Positions 1 through 12,274 of a stretch of 64,000 nt of DNA are shown here, piece after piece (the stretch's first letter is position 1; each line of letters opens with the position of its first letter). The notes beneath the pieces were generated by a model, which saw only the letters and a list, made by a program, of their open reading frames with translations, did no database searches and was not told where the DNA came from. The translations under genes and the position numbers were made by a program. Source of the stretch: Polymyxa betae A26-41 (Eukaryota > Protista > Endomyxa: Phytomyxea); contig RBZT01000336.1 in the NCBI GenBank assembly GCA_003693705.1, forward strand, positions 1 to 64,000, read 5' to 3'.

Positions 1-645
1 CTATTTCCAGAAAGCCTGACATTGAAACCACCTCGCATTATCATTTCCTATTCCATAAATGTAAACTGTATCATTTGGCTCGGAATGGCTAAGAAGGAAG
101 AGCACATATTGAACCGCTAGGCGTGTCATCCAGTTGCACCGTCGTCGTAAAGCTTCGCTTGCGCTGCTGTTCCAGAGTCCAGACCCTCAATGCCGAAATT
201 CGTTTTCATATCTCATGTATAGGGACATTTTCTGCACGAATACCAGGTTGGAATCATGATGTCCTTTCTGAGACGCGCCTTCCCTTTGTCAGTTGAAAAT
301 CAGGTTAGTCTGCTCTGCAATCATTTCTTGCTCTTGTTTACTTTCATGGTTGACCGATTTCAAATCCTGAATGTTTGCGCTTTCATACAGCCCTATCTGA
401 TAAACATCCTAATTCAAACATCGAAAAACGTCGTTGGACATCGGTAGATAGCCAAACGCACCCTAAGTGAAATGATTTTTTTTAACACGGCATGACAAAG
501 AATACTTTTTATAGGTAATTTTTATATCTAGGTATGCCCACTTAAATGGACTGGATTGGATTCGACTACGGTAGTTCGCTGATTTATGGTCAACAGGCGG
601 CGCTCTTTCCAAAACGCATGGCTGAAAATTCAAATTGCCCAAATA

Positions 646-954
646 TTAACCACTTAAATAGGTAGTTACCGGTACTGTAATACGAAGATTTCGTAGAAGT
701 GGTATTCGCGACGAGCTCGCATACTGGTAGTCGCTCATTGACATCATCACCTTGACGTGTTCCCGGGTGAGCTCGTCCATGACTTCTCCAACATCATGGA
801 TAGTGAGACGTTTCGCCTCTCTGTTATCATCGCTATAGAATACATGACCCTCTCCATTTGCACAGTAATCTTGGAATATCGGTATATGATTGGTGTAGTT
901 TATAGGACAAGATTCTGACAGTAACCATGACAGCGAGGCAAACGCTAATCGCAT
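646..954 (-). CDS. Small hypothetical protein (102 aa), weakly signal-peptide-like N-terminus
   Basis: Single ATG-initiated ORF MRLAFASLSWLLSESC...; no recognisable motif; starts 2 nt after the stop of the upstream gene. Confidence 0.3.
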   Translation of the reverse strand: MRLAFASLSWLLSESCPINYTNHIPIFQDYCANGEGHVFYSDDNREAKRLTIHDVGEVMDELTREHVKVMMSMSDYQYASSSRIPLLRNLRITVPVTTYLSG

Positions 955-956
955 CC

Positions 957-1881
957 CTAAGAGATTTTATTCTTTCTCGACGAGAATAGCTTTCGGGTCT
1001 TCTGAGGTTTCTCTGGCGCCGCTGCTGGGGCTGGTTTGGGCGCTGCTCGCTCTGCTCTTGACGCTGCGAGTTGCGTCTGCAATGTTTGTATCTCTTCCTG
1101 CAAGGTTTGATTGTCCTTTGTTAATAGCATCAGCTTCTTTCGTATCGCCGCTGTATCAGAACCTGCCATCTGAGCAGGTGCCGATTTCCCGATGGCTGCC
1201 ATTTGCCTTTCATACTGATAGCACGTAATGTCAATACGAGCCTTCTTTACTATCTGTGCAACTTACATGCTCCCGTATTGAATTCAATTCGGTCTTCAAG
1301 TGATTCGGCAAATCTTTTATCTGACGGCTTAGTTCTTCGACTAAGATCCGATGTCAGCGTACATAAAAAGCTATGCTTGTGACGACCTTCTAGAGTTAAA
1401 CCTTCGATTTCGCGATTCTGGCTTTGTTCAATTCCTTTGAACTGAGCGACATTGTACTCGTACTCATGCAGCTGGGAGTCAATTCTGTTCCGGAGATCGG
1501 ACAGCAGTTCATTCTGTTGATTCTGTCTGTCGAGAGACTTCTCTTTCTCCAGCATGCGCGCATGGGCCTCACCATTCAAACGTTTGTTTTCTTCTATCAG
1601 ACGTGGTGTTTCTGATATTCTAAATATCTGGCATCTTAAGTGTTCAAATACTCTCTCTAAGTGTGCGGTCAGATTACAGCATTCTAAGCGCAGATGCTGG
1701 GTTGCGGTTGTTAGACAATATCATAATGAGGAATCAACATCACCTGTTTTTTGTCATTTATCGAACAGAACTCCTCCTGGACGATTTGATCTTGTTGGAC
1801 GATAACCGTTACCGCTTCCGACAATTGCATCAAAGCTGACGCCAAAGTGTGTTTCTGAATCGCCGTCTGCTCGAACTGCAT
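957..1881 (-). CDS. Coiled-coil hypothetical protein, multi-exon
   Basis: ORFs 1711-1899, 1250-1579 and 957-1202 can be joined by GT-AG introns (e.g. CAG|gtgatg...cccag|CAT); E/Q/L/K-rich heptads and a Pro/Ala/Lys tail. Confidence 0.6.
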
Positions 1882-1946
1882 CTTGCCCAAGTAATCCAAA
1901 ACAAGACGAAGATAAAATGACGCATCCTTCTTAAATTGTCACGCTA

Positions 1947-2053
1947 TAGAAGCAATGGTAACACTACCACAATGATGTAGCCTCTGTCATTTATCTACGG
2001 TAGAAGCAATGGTTAACACTGCCACAATGATGTAGCCTCTTCCATTTATCTAC
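1947..2053. repeat. Imperfect tandem duplication, 2 copies, 54-bp period
   Basis: tagaagcaatggtaacactaccacaatgatgtagcctctgtcatttatctac (1947-1998) vs tagaagcaatggttaacactgccacaatgatgtagcctcttccatttatctac (2001-2053). Confidence 0.95.
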
Positions 2054-2194
2054 AAGTCCATTTGCATTCTGTACTGATCATAGTCGCTACGATGCCACGG
2101 TCGTTAGCACTTCAGGTCAGTACGAAATCACTAGATTGCGGTACTGTTTCGTTCGTACTTGTTAGCGATCGCCTTATTATTGCTAAAGGAGCCC

Positions 2195-3496
2195 ATGAAT
2201 CTAGCAGCGGACGTCATCCCAGGGCGAAATGCAACCAGCCATCATGGTTCGGATTCGTGGCAGGAATTGAAACTGAAGCTGCAAGCCGAGGTTTACAGAA
2301 AATCCATCCGACTGCAGGATTTCCTGTTTCCATTCGACAGGCACCGCCGAGGATCTGTCATCGAGCCCAACTTTGAGCGAGCTTTGGCTGCAGCTGGGAT
2401 CACGCTGACGCCCGACAACATGCAGGTTATACGCAGTCAGTTTGGTATGACCGAGAAATCGCAAGCCTTGGTCGCTTATCACTCGTTTCTAAATGCTATC
2501 AATACGGGTAAGATATCGAGATAGTAGTCCTATGCAGACTCACTTCTGTGTAGTTTTCGGGCCATTAAATCTTGAACAAAACCCCAACCAAAACGTTATT
2601 GACGGACAGAAGCTCACCGCCGATTATGAGCGCAAAATCGCTCAATCTCTTCGGCAGCCAGATAAACTAACGCCTCAAGAGGTATCTTTATTGAAACACA
2701 CTATGCAGCGGTACTCGTTCAAATTAAATTAGCGTCTCCCTGTTTGACAGTCTCATAGCATAAAGGATCGCATTTTCAAGCTAAGATTCGATCCATCATC
2801 GAAATTTCGTGATTTCGACAAATTTAACAGTGGTATGCTGTAATTCAAATCTGATATCGATTTGCTCTGATTTTCCCCAGGCAGTGTTTCCAAAGTACAA
2901 TTCCACAAATGCTTAACAGGTAAGCTACCAAACCAGCAATGATACTATTCATATAATCCAGTTAGCTGCCGGATTTAATTTCAATGATGGAATCATCAAT
3001 CTTTTGTCTCGCCAATACGCTTCTGGTCGACACACTGATCACGTCGATTATCGCAAGTTCTTGGCTGATATAACACAAGACGAGATCAAAGCCGAGTCGA
3101 TGACACAGAAGCACAGAAAACAAGAGCAAATGCTGAATTCTTCAAAGACCGGAAAATCGCAACCGGTTGTAAGTGTTGAAACCTCAGAATCTCAATCGAA
3201 CTCTGACTTCAACTGGATGCCAGACTCTAGAAAGCATCTTGTGTAAAATGAAAAAAACGACTTCTGGGTACTCAATAAGATTCTTCGACTATCTGCGAGA
3301 TGCAGACCCGCTGCGAAAGAACGCCATCCCTAAATCCCGTTTGGCTGCTGTTTTATCAAGCATCGGAGATATAAACCTGACCGATGAAGAAACAACACTA
3401 CTTCAGCGGCTGTTTCCACACGATGTGGAACGTGATCAGATCAACTACCAGAAGTTGTCGGACTCGATTCAGGTGCAATACTTGTCATCAGAGTGA
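2195..3496 (+). CDS. Multi-EF-hand-like protein, multi-exon
   Basis: Repeated EF-hand-like units FPFDRHRRGSVIEPNFERAL, FRDFDKFNSGSVSKVQFHKCL, VDYRKFLADI, LRDADPLRKNAIPKSRL, INYQKLSDSI; introns such as gtaaga...tgtag. Confidence 0.7.
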
Positions 3497-3738
3497 TGGT
3501 GAAATTGATTCATGCATCAGGATGGTTTTACGCTGAAAGGAGTGGAGAACGACCTCCATACGAATTCAACGAATTCCCACCTTAAGCCTGGAACTCAGCA
3601 CATGTCGGCGAATTGTCATTAAGGCGTAAATCAATAAACCCATTGCCGAGCAATAAAACAGAAAGAACCTTGATCCAGGATCGCCCGTCGAAGTCGTTTG
3701 CCATGGACAATGTTAACAATTGGTGTATTAAACAATAA

Positions 3739-5971
3739 TTACCACTCGGTTTCGTTGAAATCTTTGAGAAATTTCCCATATGGAAGAACTCCATTAGCTA
3801 CTCCATCCAAAATAGGATCCAGAATCCGTGCCATAGCGTCCATCTCGTCAATCTAGCAAAACATGTTGAACTCAATACGAAATATGATGACAACGGTTCA
3901 AACCGGTGTGGAAAAGTTCCTTTTGGCATTCTCGACACATTTTTCAAAAGGATTCTCATCGTTAATCCAGCCTGAGACGGATTGAGTGAAACCTGAGAAC
4001 GATATAACAATACCGTACCCGTATCGACAGAATTCATAAAGATGTTATCTTTCGCGAAATCTTGAGCAGACGTTCTCGTCAGCATGTTCAAAGCAGCTTT
4101 AGCCATATTTGTGTGGGGATGTTCGGGACCTTTAAAACGATAGAACTTTCCTAAGATGGTATTGACAACGGTTAAGCTTGCAGACAGCTCGCTCTCTACC
4201 TTCCATAGCCGATACGTTAATTACGAACTTGTTGCCTTCCGTAGCCTTCAACAATGGCTTTAAACGGCTGTTTAGGATAAATGGCGACAATGCATTAACA
4301 GCAAACACTTCTATAATCTAACCGAGCACAATAAATAACGAGTCAGAGCCGCTCAGTATCGAAATTACCTCAACCGGAGAAACTTCATGGCACAGCAAGG
4401 TCCAGGAATTTTGAGGCCTTCGACACGTAAGGTTACATTCTGGGAATGAGCGGAAAAAGAAATGACCTGAGATCCAATTGCTGCTGATTGACATCAAATT
4501 GATGTTTAGGAAAGTATCTCTTCTGAGTCAGGTCTTCCTCAAGTAATGCAACTTGGGACAGTGACGCCGAAGCCGATACACAGTTTGAAGATGATTCCGA
4601 CAAAGCAAGCTCGTCGGCCGATCGCTGTACAATAGCCAAATCCGAAGCCGAGTTGAAAGCGTTTACCATCGCCAAAGACTGCGAAGAGAGGTACGTGGAC
4701 GGATCAGATTCGATGTCCATCAAATGCTATGGAAACTATCAGTTGGCAGTCATCGAGAGAATTCTGAATCTCGCCTCGTAATAAACGGGTGGACGCCTGA
4801 CTGTCTGTGCGGCATTGTTGATAATGCCTAATTCAAAAATGTTGAGTGAATGGGTTTTGCTGAAAACAGACGGTTTACCATCGAGCCGGTGATACTGATG
4901 CTTGATTCGCTCAGTCAGACGAATGGTGGACTTCAGATCGCGAAGGTCAATCCCAAAAACTGCACGAAAATTGTAAGTTGGATGTATAAACACCAACAGC
5001 GCTGCATACTGTGTAGGCGTGACTTGAAAGATTCGAAATCGGGCAGCTGGGAGAAACGGCGAGCGCAATCCATGGGGAATCGAGACGTGGCCTAATCGGA
5101 AGATTACAATAGAAGTTAACAATTGAACCATCTCAGCTACCAGAACAGTTGCGTTGCACTCCAGCAGCCTTTTGCAGCACTCAAACCCGATCTTAACTCG
5201 GGCGCCAGTAATCAGGAACACCTAGACAAAGCAGTTGGAGATGAAGACGACTCGAGAGAGCAATCAGAACCTTTCCAGCGAGATCTGTCCTAAAGTTACG
5301 TTTGGCCCAATTCAATTCCGCACACGGTGGACATAGTTGGTCGTAGAAGTGGTGCAGATCCACAAATCGTCGCTTGCAGATGTAGCATCCTGGTATTGAT
5401 GATGAGAGCAGAAGAGAGTAAGACTTATTCAATCACCCCGATTATAGAACAATTGGCGATCTGGAAGAGAGACGTTATCGTTTCCATCCTGATCGACTTC
5501 GTTGACAGACTCAGCATTGATGGAACTCGAATCCGAGATCAAAAGAGATTCAGAAGCGGTACAGATCAGCCGACGAGATTCGCCTTGCAGCTGATTGAGC
5601 GATTCAATACGCTGAGCTCGAAGTCGCCGTTTGACCAGATACTCCTGATCCAGTTTCTTCAGTTTCTGCTTGCGGGATTCCAGCAGTTTCCTCATCTCAG
5701 CACGCTGCGCGCTGAGTACAATGGACTCGTCAACGGCTGCAACTTTAGTTGACAGAACCTGAATCTGCTTGCGAACTTTGACGAAGCGTGGATGTTTCAG
5801 ATCGCATTCCATCAAAGCCTGCAGTGAGGACTGAATTGATTTCAAGTCAAGATCACCGTCGAGTTCCGGACGTTCGTCGGCTTCTTCTGTAACGCCGTTG
5901 TAGGTTAAATTCTCTAACATTTGTACAAGGCCAACATCATATTCTTCCAAGGAAGCTGGCCCGGCACTCAT
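3739..5971 (-). CDS. Atypical short-chain dehydrogenase/reductase with CxxC...CxxC zinc-binding N-terminal module, multi-exon
   Basis: Spliced motifs [71 protein letters not shown] and C-terminus [12 protein letters not shown]. Confidence 0.85.
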
Positions 5972-6209
5972 CGATACGGCAGTCGGCAGAAAGGTCTCGG
6001 TAAATTCGGGAATCGCTTGCGCACTTTCAAAAATAATGAGAAAGTTCAATTTTCAACCTTTTGCAAAAAAATCTCGGACAGTTAAAACTGCTTATAATTA
6101 TTTAAGAACCGATACTTATCGTTCAACTGATCCCTTTGAAAGGCTTGGGTCATTGCTGTTTTAGGCCGTTAACCGAGAGAACATAGGTCGATACATATAG
6201 CGGTCGACA

Positions 6210-6974
6210 TCAGTTGTTTCGGTAACCATTCCTCATCGATGTTCTTGGGTCGCTAATTGGGGAATGGACGGTGAGCTTGTCGTCAAAAACTGGAGGTGCT
6301 GTCTGGATCTGTCGAAGGACGTCGGCTTCTAGGGCTTTTCGTTCCATAATTAAGGCTTTGTAATACTTCCAAATAGCCCAAGCGGCTACGGTGAAGAAGA
6401 AACTTGTAAAGTATCCAATTGCACCACATGAATTAAATTGGTCTCTAATGGCAGCAATAATGAGCATGGGATTACTGTTGATTTGCCAATCGGGATCAGT
6501 AGGGTTTTCAGTATAGTTTCGCCCGAAAGCTGATTTTGCTAGGTTTTTCTTGGTATCAGCATCGAATGAATACCAAATAACATCAGCGGTCGATGCTATA
6601 CCTAAGATACATGACGACAGAATCTTCCTCATTTCAGTTGGCTTTTCAAGCACAAGGAGCCAACTTACAAATATTATGAGGCATTCAATTAGCATAGTAA
6701 AAGCAGCGATCCTTGACAGTTTCATGTTCTCAATACGGTTGATGTATATGCAGGCTGTAACTGTGGCAATGCCAATATAGGTGAGAACTACAAATCCATA
6801 AATCGTCGCGGGACCGAAGACCGAGAACGCGCTGGCCTCCGTTGTATACACAGTTAACAGGAGAATCATCGTCTACAAAGCGTTTGATCAAGCAGAAAAA
6901 TCGCAACGCCTCCAGGTGCATACCAGCGCGACAAAGGAAGCCAACTGCGACAATAGTTTGGGCGATAATGCCAT
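6210..6974 (-). CDS. Multi-pass membrane protein of unknown function, 2 exons
   Basis: Exon 1 MALSPKLLSQLASFVAL, intron gtatgc...tgtag, then ORF 6210-6869 with 4-5 hydrophobic helices. Confidence 0.7.
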
Positions 6975-7066
6975 CTCTCGACGACGAGATTGATAGTCAA
7001 TGTGACAATGTCAAAGAGACTGAGAAGAGGGTAACGACAGATCCCTCTGATGTGGAGGGCGGCCTC

Positions 7067-7716
7067 ATGTCATGGCCACTGTCTATTGGACATCGAGACA
7101 TCGACAGTCATTATCAGACAAGCGCTTCTAGTAGCGCAGGCCAAGACAAGGCTGTGTTCAGGGTCGTCGCTCTTCATTCTTGTCAGTCGAAGGAAAGCCT
7201 ACTGCGAGTTGATTTCATCAGGTGTTAGGATAGGGAAATAATCTCCTTTTCGCTATCTGGACTTGAACCTGGTCAACCAGACAGCCTCCAATCCGCTCAT
7301 AGTCCCGATCCCAATGGCACGAACCAGTAGGATTCAATCAGGATCAACTCCTAAACGAGGATTTGATTCTATCAGCGATGAGAATTTCAAGAAACTGGTT
7401 TGCTCTGAATCGGGAAATGGGTGTTATATACTAATTGTTTTGATCTCAGATGGCGCTGTTGGTCAAATCTCTATGCTCAGTCGAAGATGTCGATGGATCT
7501 TACCCTAATCCTGAAATGTTAGAAGTGTGCATCAGGTCAACTCTGGGTCTTACCCCTGACCATGATTCGGTAGCCTTGCCCGCAGCTTCGGTTTATCATC
7601 CGAATCTATCACACTCCATGGACCAATTATCTACAATGATCAAGATAGATGTATCACAGCGGGAGTCTATGCATTATCAGTTGCTTTCTGATCTACAAGC
7701 TCTGAACCAAATGTAG
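7067..7716 (+). CDS. Hypothetical protein, multi-exon (3' end uncertain)
   Basis: Collinear ORFs at 7067-7228, 7263-7508 and 7450-7716 with plausible GT-AG junctions; divergent from the 6974 gene. Confidence 0.4.
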
Positions 7717-8375
7717 TCTTTTGCATGCGTATACACAGATACTGTTCAAAATTAACAACAATATTTCAGAACAGAACGGGCGTATGTGCTAAATACGATC
7801 TAGCGATTGAAAAGTTTTTCCGTATTAGCAGACTTAGCACTTCTTTAGCAACTAGCAAGCATGTATTGAGGAATATCTTCAATTTAAGGCTACCATCTGT
7901 TTGAAGCAGTTTTACTTTCCGAATTATTCAGCATGTCACACACTTCGTTTCGAAGGAATGGAAGTCACTGTACTCGTGAGAAATCGTTGTCTGCAAGTAG
8001 ACGGTCTCAAACACGGCCAAAAATTTGGCAGTGTCCGGTCGCAGCGACCACGAAGTACAGTATTGGCACAGCGAAATTTATCCCGACTCTTGGAGAGCGC
8101 CTTTATCTTGAACAGGGGCGCGGCCCGCGCAAACTCAGGACATGGCTCCGCCTTAACGCCGCTGCTCGAGAGCTGGGCCTCCTATTTTTATCGTGGTCAT
8201 GGTTACATATGCCATTTCCGAGTGTTGAAGGCAAGGTTTACTCGCTCGACAAAGAGCCGGCAGTCAGTCGACCTCTGACGTAGTTCCAGCTTGTGACCGG
8301 CTGCTCTCGACTTCTCCGTCTTCAGCCTGAACGACTTGGCGACCCCTCCTCTCTTCCCGGCATTTCTCCGGTTTC

Positions 8376-10155
8376 ATGGTGTCAACAGTGGGTGAACCTG
8401 CCCTTGCCTCGGCTACAGCTGCGGCTGAGAAGACAATGAAGAGGTATACCGCCAAGCAAGTTACGGCCCAAGATTACGAGCCTGAAAAACATTTCTACCC
8501 GCGTGTGCTGAATGCTTCGCTGCATGTTAGTGACTGGAGTTGACGGTATCTCATTCTGATATTTTGTTCAGCCTATTGTCTCATCGTTTTTGAATCTCGG
8601 AAATGAACGAATTGCTGTTCGCTATACCCACCTTCATCCTGGTGTAAAAAAGGATACCATTCTTGGCTTGTTTAATTACCAGCCTACCTATTTTAACTGG
8701 TCGGGCGCTGATCTGTTTCATGTCACTAATGAGCATGCTCAGCGTCGTATGATTGTTATAGAGGTCGTTTTCTTTATGTATATCACTGTTGTAGTTTGGC
8801 TGAATTCGATTTAGACAAATTCGTGTCCTTCTGGACAAAAGTCAATGCCGGTTTGGGATGGGACCGATGATCATTCGGAAACCGGATATCATAAGCTAAT
8901 GTTGAAATCGTTCTCAAAGTTAGTCGAGAAGAAAAAAGATTCCCTTCCAAAAGGAGGTTAGCAATTTGTTTGGTTGGTAAATCACATCTGATTTTGTAAT
9001 GACCAGGTTTGGCTGTCGTTTTTGATAAGAATCCCATGGAAAATACAGGCTATGCTCCAGTAATGGCTTCAATTTTCAACGAACCCGTCTATCTGGTTGA
9101 ATTCTATTCTGATGACGTAAAGCTCTATCTCAGTCATATTTCATTATTTCTTATGGTCTCCTTAGGACGATCCTCCAGTGAAATGGGTCGATGGGGTCAT
9201 GTATGTACGAGATCAAAACAACGAATGGGTTCCGATCAGAGCCTGCTTTCGATATGTGACGCAGAAGCCATGGAATCGCTTCCCAATTGTCACAAAAACT
9301 TTCGTCTACAACCCTACAATCGCCTGTCTCGCTGGAGGTCGCAATAAACTTGTTGCAGCTAAAGCCTACGACCTTTTCAATACCGAGATGGTGAACAGTG
9401 GTTTGCAGATCCATTGTCCTGACACCGTCACCGATGTTCGTCTCGCTGAAATTCCGTTGTATGTGCGATCAATGGGCTGGCATGCGGTCGTCAAGGTGCC
9501 ATATTCAAACGCCGGTCAGGGTGTTTATACGATAACGTCCAAGGCGGAGCTTGACCGATTCATGGCTCTGGAACATCATTACGACAAATTTATCGTTCAG
9601 CAGCTTGTTGGTAATTTGAAATGGTCATCGACCGGAAAGCACGGGACCTACTACCATGTCGGTACTATTCCCAATCAGCGATACAATACTTATGTTTCCG
9701 ATCTTCGAATGATGATCGCCACCACATCGGGTGGATTCACGCCGGTCTCTATCTATGGTCGCCGAGCTGCCGATCCGCTTGTCGACGAATTGAATGATGT
9801 GAATGATTCATGGGCGATGCTGGGAACGAACCTTTCTATTAAACTTGGCAATGGCGAATGGGGCTCAGATACAAATCGCTTGCTTCTGATGGATCGTAAA
9901 GATTTCAATCGTCTTGGAATCAGCAGCGACGATTTGATCGAAGGCTACGTGCAAACAGTCATGTCGTCCATTGCAATCGATAAGATGTGCAAAAGGTTGA
10001 TTACAAAAGAAGGCAAATTTGACATGGAACTGTTCGAATCACTGAATCAAGACCCGCATTTGATTGAGGAAATGTTACTAACGGATTGTTGGGCCAAAGG
10101 CCCCTCTGATTGTTTTGAAACGATTCAACAGGGTATTGATGCTTTAGTGAAATAG
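8376..10155 (+). CDS. ATP-grasp-fold protein, apparently circularly permuted, multi-exon
   Basis: Spliced: ...HFYPRVLNASLHPIVSSFL...GADLF...IVIE|TNSCPSGQKSMP...AVVFDKNPME...VVKVPYSNAGQGVY...KFIVQQLV...DLRMMI; long terminal exon 9178-10155. Confidence 0.8.
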
Positions 10156-10282
10156 TGAATTTCAGATGCGTTTCTCACTTTGCATCTATTAAACTCGTAG
10201 AAATTACTGTATTTCTAAGATGAGCAATTGTATTAGGCGTTATAAACCCTCGAACATAGATAAAGTTTAAAGCGTTGCAATT

Positions 10283-10660
10283 ATGAACAGTTCGCCCACG
10301 AATGAAGATGATTTGATGGAGGATATTATCAGATGACAACCAGCCGCCGGAAACGAAACGCCATGGTGGCTCCTAGCCAGGGAAAAAGCCAATGTATCAC
10401 CAGACCTCGAATGGGGAACTGCCACAATCATCAAACATTACCTCTCTGCGGCGCCGCTTTATCCAAGAATCGGCCTTATGTCGTCTCGCCTCTTCCGAGA
10501 ACTTTTAACAGATGTCCCATCCTTCGCTTTTTTCCTGCAACAACTTTTGGATGCGTTTGGAGGAATGGGTCCTTCTCCTCTGCATAAAATAACTGGAGCT
10601 CTTCGTATGCTCTGCTACGAATACCAGTTGATGCAGTCGATGAATGCAGATTATAACTAG
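10283..10660 (+). pseudogene. Decayed PIF/Harbinger-type (Plant_tran-like) transposase N-terminal fragment
   Basis: Across frameshifts and stops it reads KRHGGS*PGKK / ANVSPDLEWG..IIKHY / MSSRLFREL...DAFGGMGPSPLHKITGALRMLCY / IPVDAVDEC, resembling the family pattern RMSxxLF...DAxGxxGxSxxQKxTAAxRMLAYGxxADAVDEY. Confidence 0.7.
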
Positions 10661-10837
10661 ATTTCCAGAGGGTTTTTTACCACATTACTGAGTATATTTT
10701 ACTAGCAACTGCGCAATTACTGTTTGCAAGTCACGCAGTTTTGCTCGGCACTTGATCAGATCATGTCCTTCTTATTTAACACTACTTTTTTCTAAGGGTT
10801 TCTGGGAATCCTCACGTCGTGTCGCCCGCCATCTTGG

Positions 10838-11788
10838 ATGTCGAACACGATCCAACGAACGGCGTTCTTTGCGGATGCATGCCGCAGTCGATTGCGCCTT
10901 TTTCTGGAAGATGCGATGCTGCTCCGCGAAAGGGTTGGCGATTCGAAACAGACGATCAATTTTATTATCGCGCCCAAGCTGGAATGGGTGGAGTTTCGAT
11001 ATCGAGGCAAATATGCTCGAGTAAATTTATCAGGCTCCTGTCCTCTCGGCTGTTAATGTCTTGTTAGCTGGATTGTCTACGTCCTTATGAGTTTCCAGAG
11101 ACCGAGCAGGATTTGGTGGAGATTGTTGGTAGTGAAGGTGCCCGAGCTATTCGTTTGACCGGATACGCTTTGGAAGCCGCTCCAAACGCTATGGCTTTAA
11201 TTTCGGGGAAATATGAGGATGTGTTGAAGCTCAGTTCCGTGTAAGCGTTATACCAATTTTGAGGATAACCGTTGACTTAATTGTTCGTTTTTCTGATCCA
11301 GATGTCAATTTCAAAAAGATGAGAAGGCAAGTTTCGCATTCCCAATTCGCTTCAATTGGAGCGATAACGAATTATTGGAGGCGACCCGCTCCAATGTTCC
11401 CTTTGAAATTGGTCGGGTCAAGATCGAGCGACATCGCTTCGTGTTTCTAAAAGAATACGAGAAAGAACTGTATGGTGATTGGGTTCTCTGTGTTCTCGAT
11501 GCACCACCAAGTAGAGACAACCTTGGAACTTGGAATCTGACATTTCCTGGTGGCAAAAGGTTTGAAAGGAGCCTTTTTCCCAACGTGGCCATTTGGATGA
11601 CGGCGGTGAGCTTATAAATTCTACATAGGTTATTGGGAGAGACGTCATTGGAGTGCTGCTTCAGAGAGATCCAGGAAGAAATTGGTTTGGAATGTAATTG
11701 GAAGGCAGTGCAGAGGACGCGAGATCTGACCTGCGTCTCGATGGATGAGAAGGTCAGCAAATTCTATTTTATCATGAGCCGATTCTGA
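10838..11788 (+). CDS. Nudix hydrolase domain protein, 4 exons
   Basis: Splicing aaaag|gtttga...catag|g restores a complete Nudix box G-KRLLG-E-TSLECCF-REIQEEIGL (GX5EX7REUXEEXGU). Confidence 0.8.
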
Positions 11789-12274
11789 CAATTTTTCAGT
11801 TCTGCGCGTTCATCCTGCACCCAAATCATTTCGTTATGCCTTAATCTATTCGTTCTAATGTATGATTTCAGTGTCAATAATATTCCTGATAAATACGTAC
11901 TATACTGTTTCAAAACGACGAGCAATTAATCGTCTGTAGCTGCAAATCCACTGTTTGTGTCTCATCTGGGATCAAAATTTGGGGGGTTTCACATCCCGGT
12001 GTTTGTCAAATTGCCTTGGAAGTCATTCGATCAAGTCTCTTCCATCCTGTAAGACCTGGGATCTCTTCGCGTTTGCTACAACTGTATCGCTCTTGCTTCA
12101 TGTTATGTCGACTGCATTGTGAATTCTGGGGTCCCCATGGCCCCATCATCTACTATTCTCATTGTATGGCGTTACTTACAGCATTGCACTATCCATCATT
12201 GACTGTATTCAACTCTCTACTTAATTCACATTGAAGGTCTGCGGCCTCCTTTCTTAACACATTAATTAAAGTCA

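Noticed and set aside
1947-2053. CRISPR-like array (also considered for 23786-23878)
   Set aside because: Only two abutting copies, no unique spacers, no cas genes, eukaryotic context
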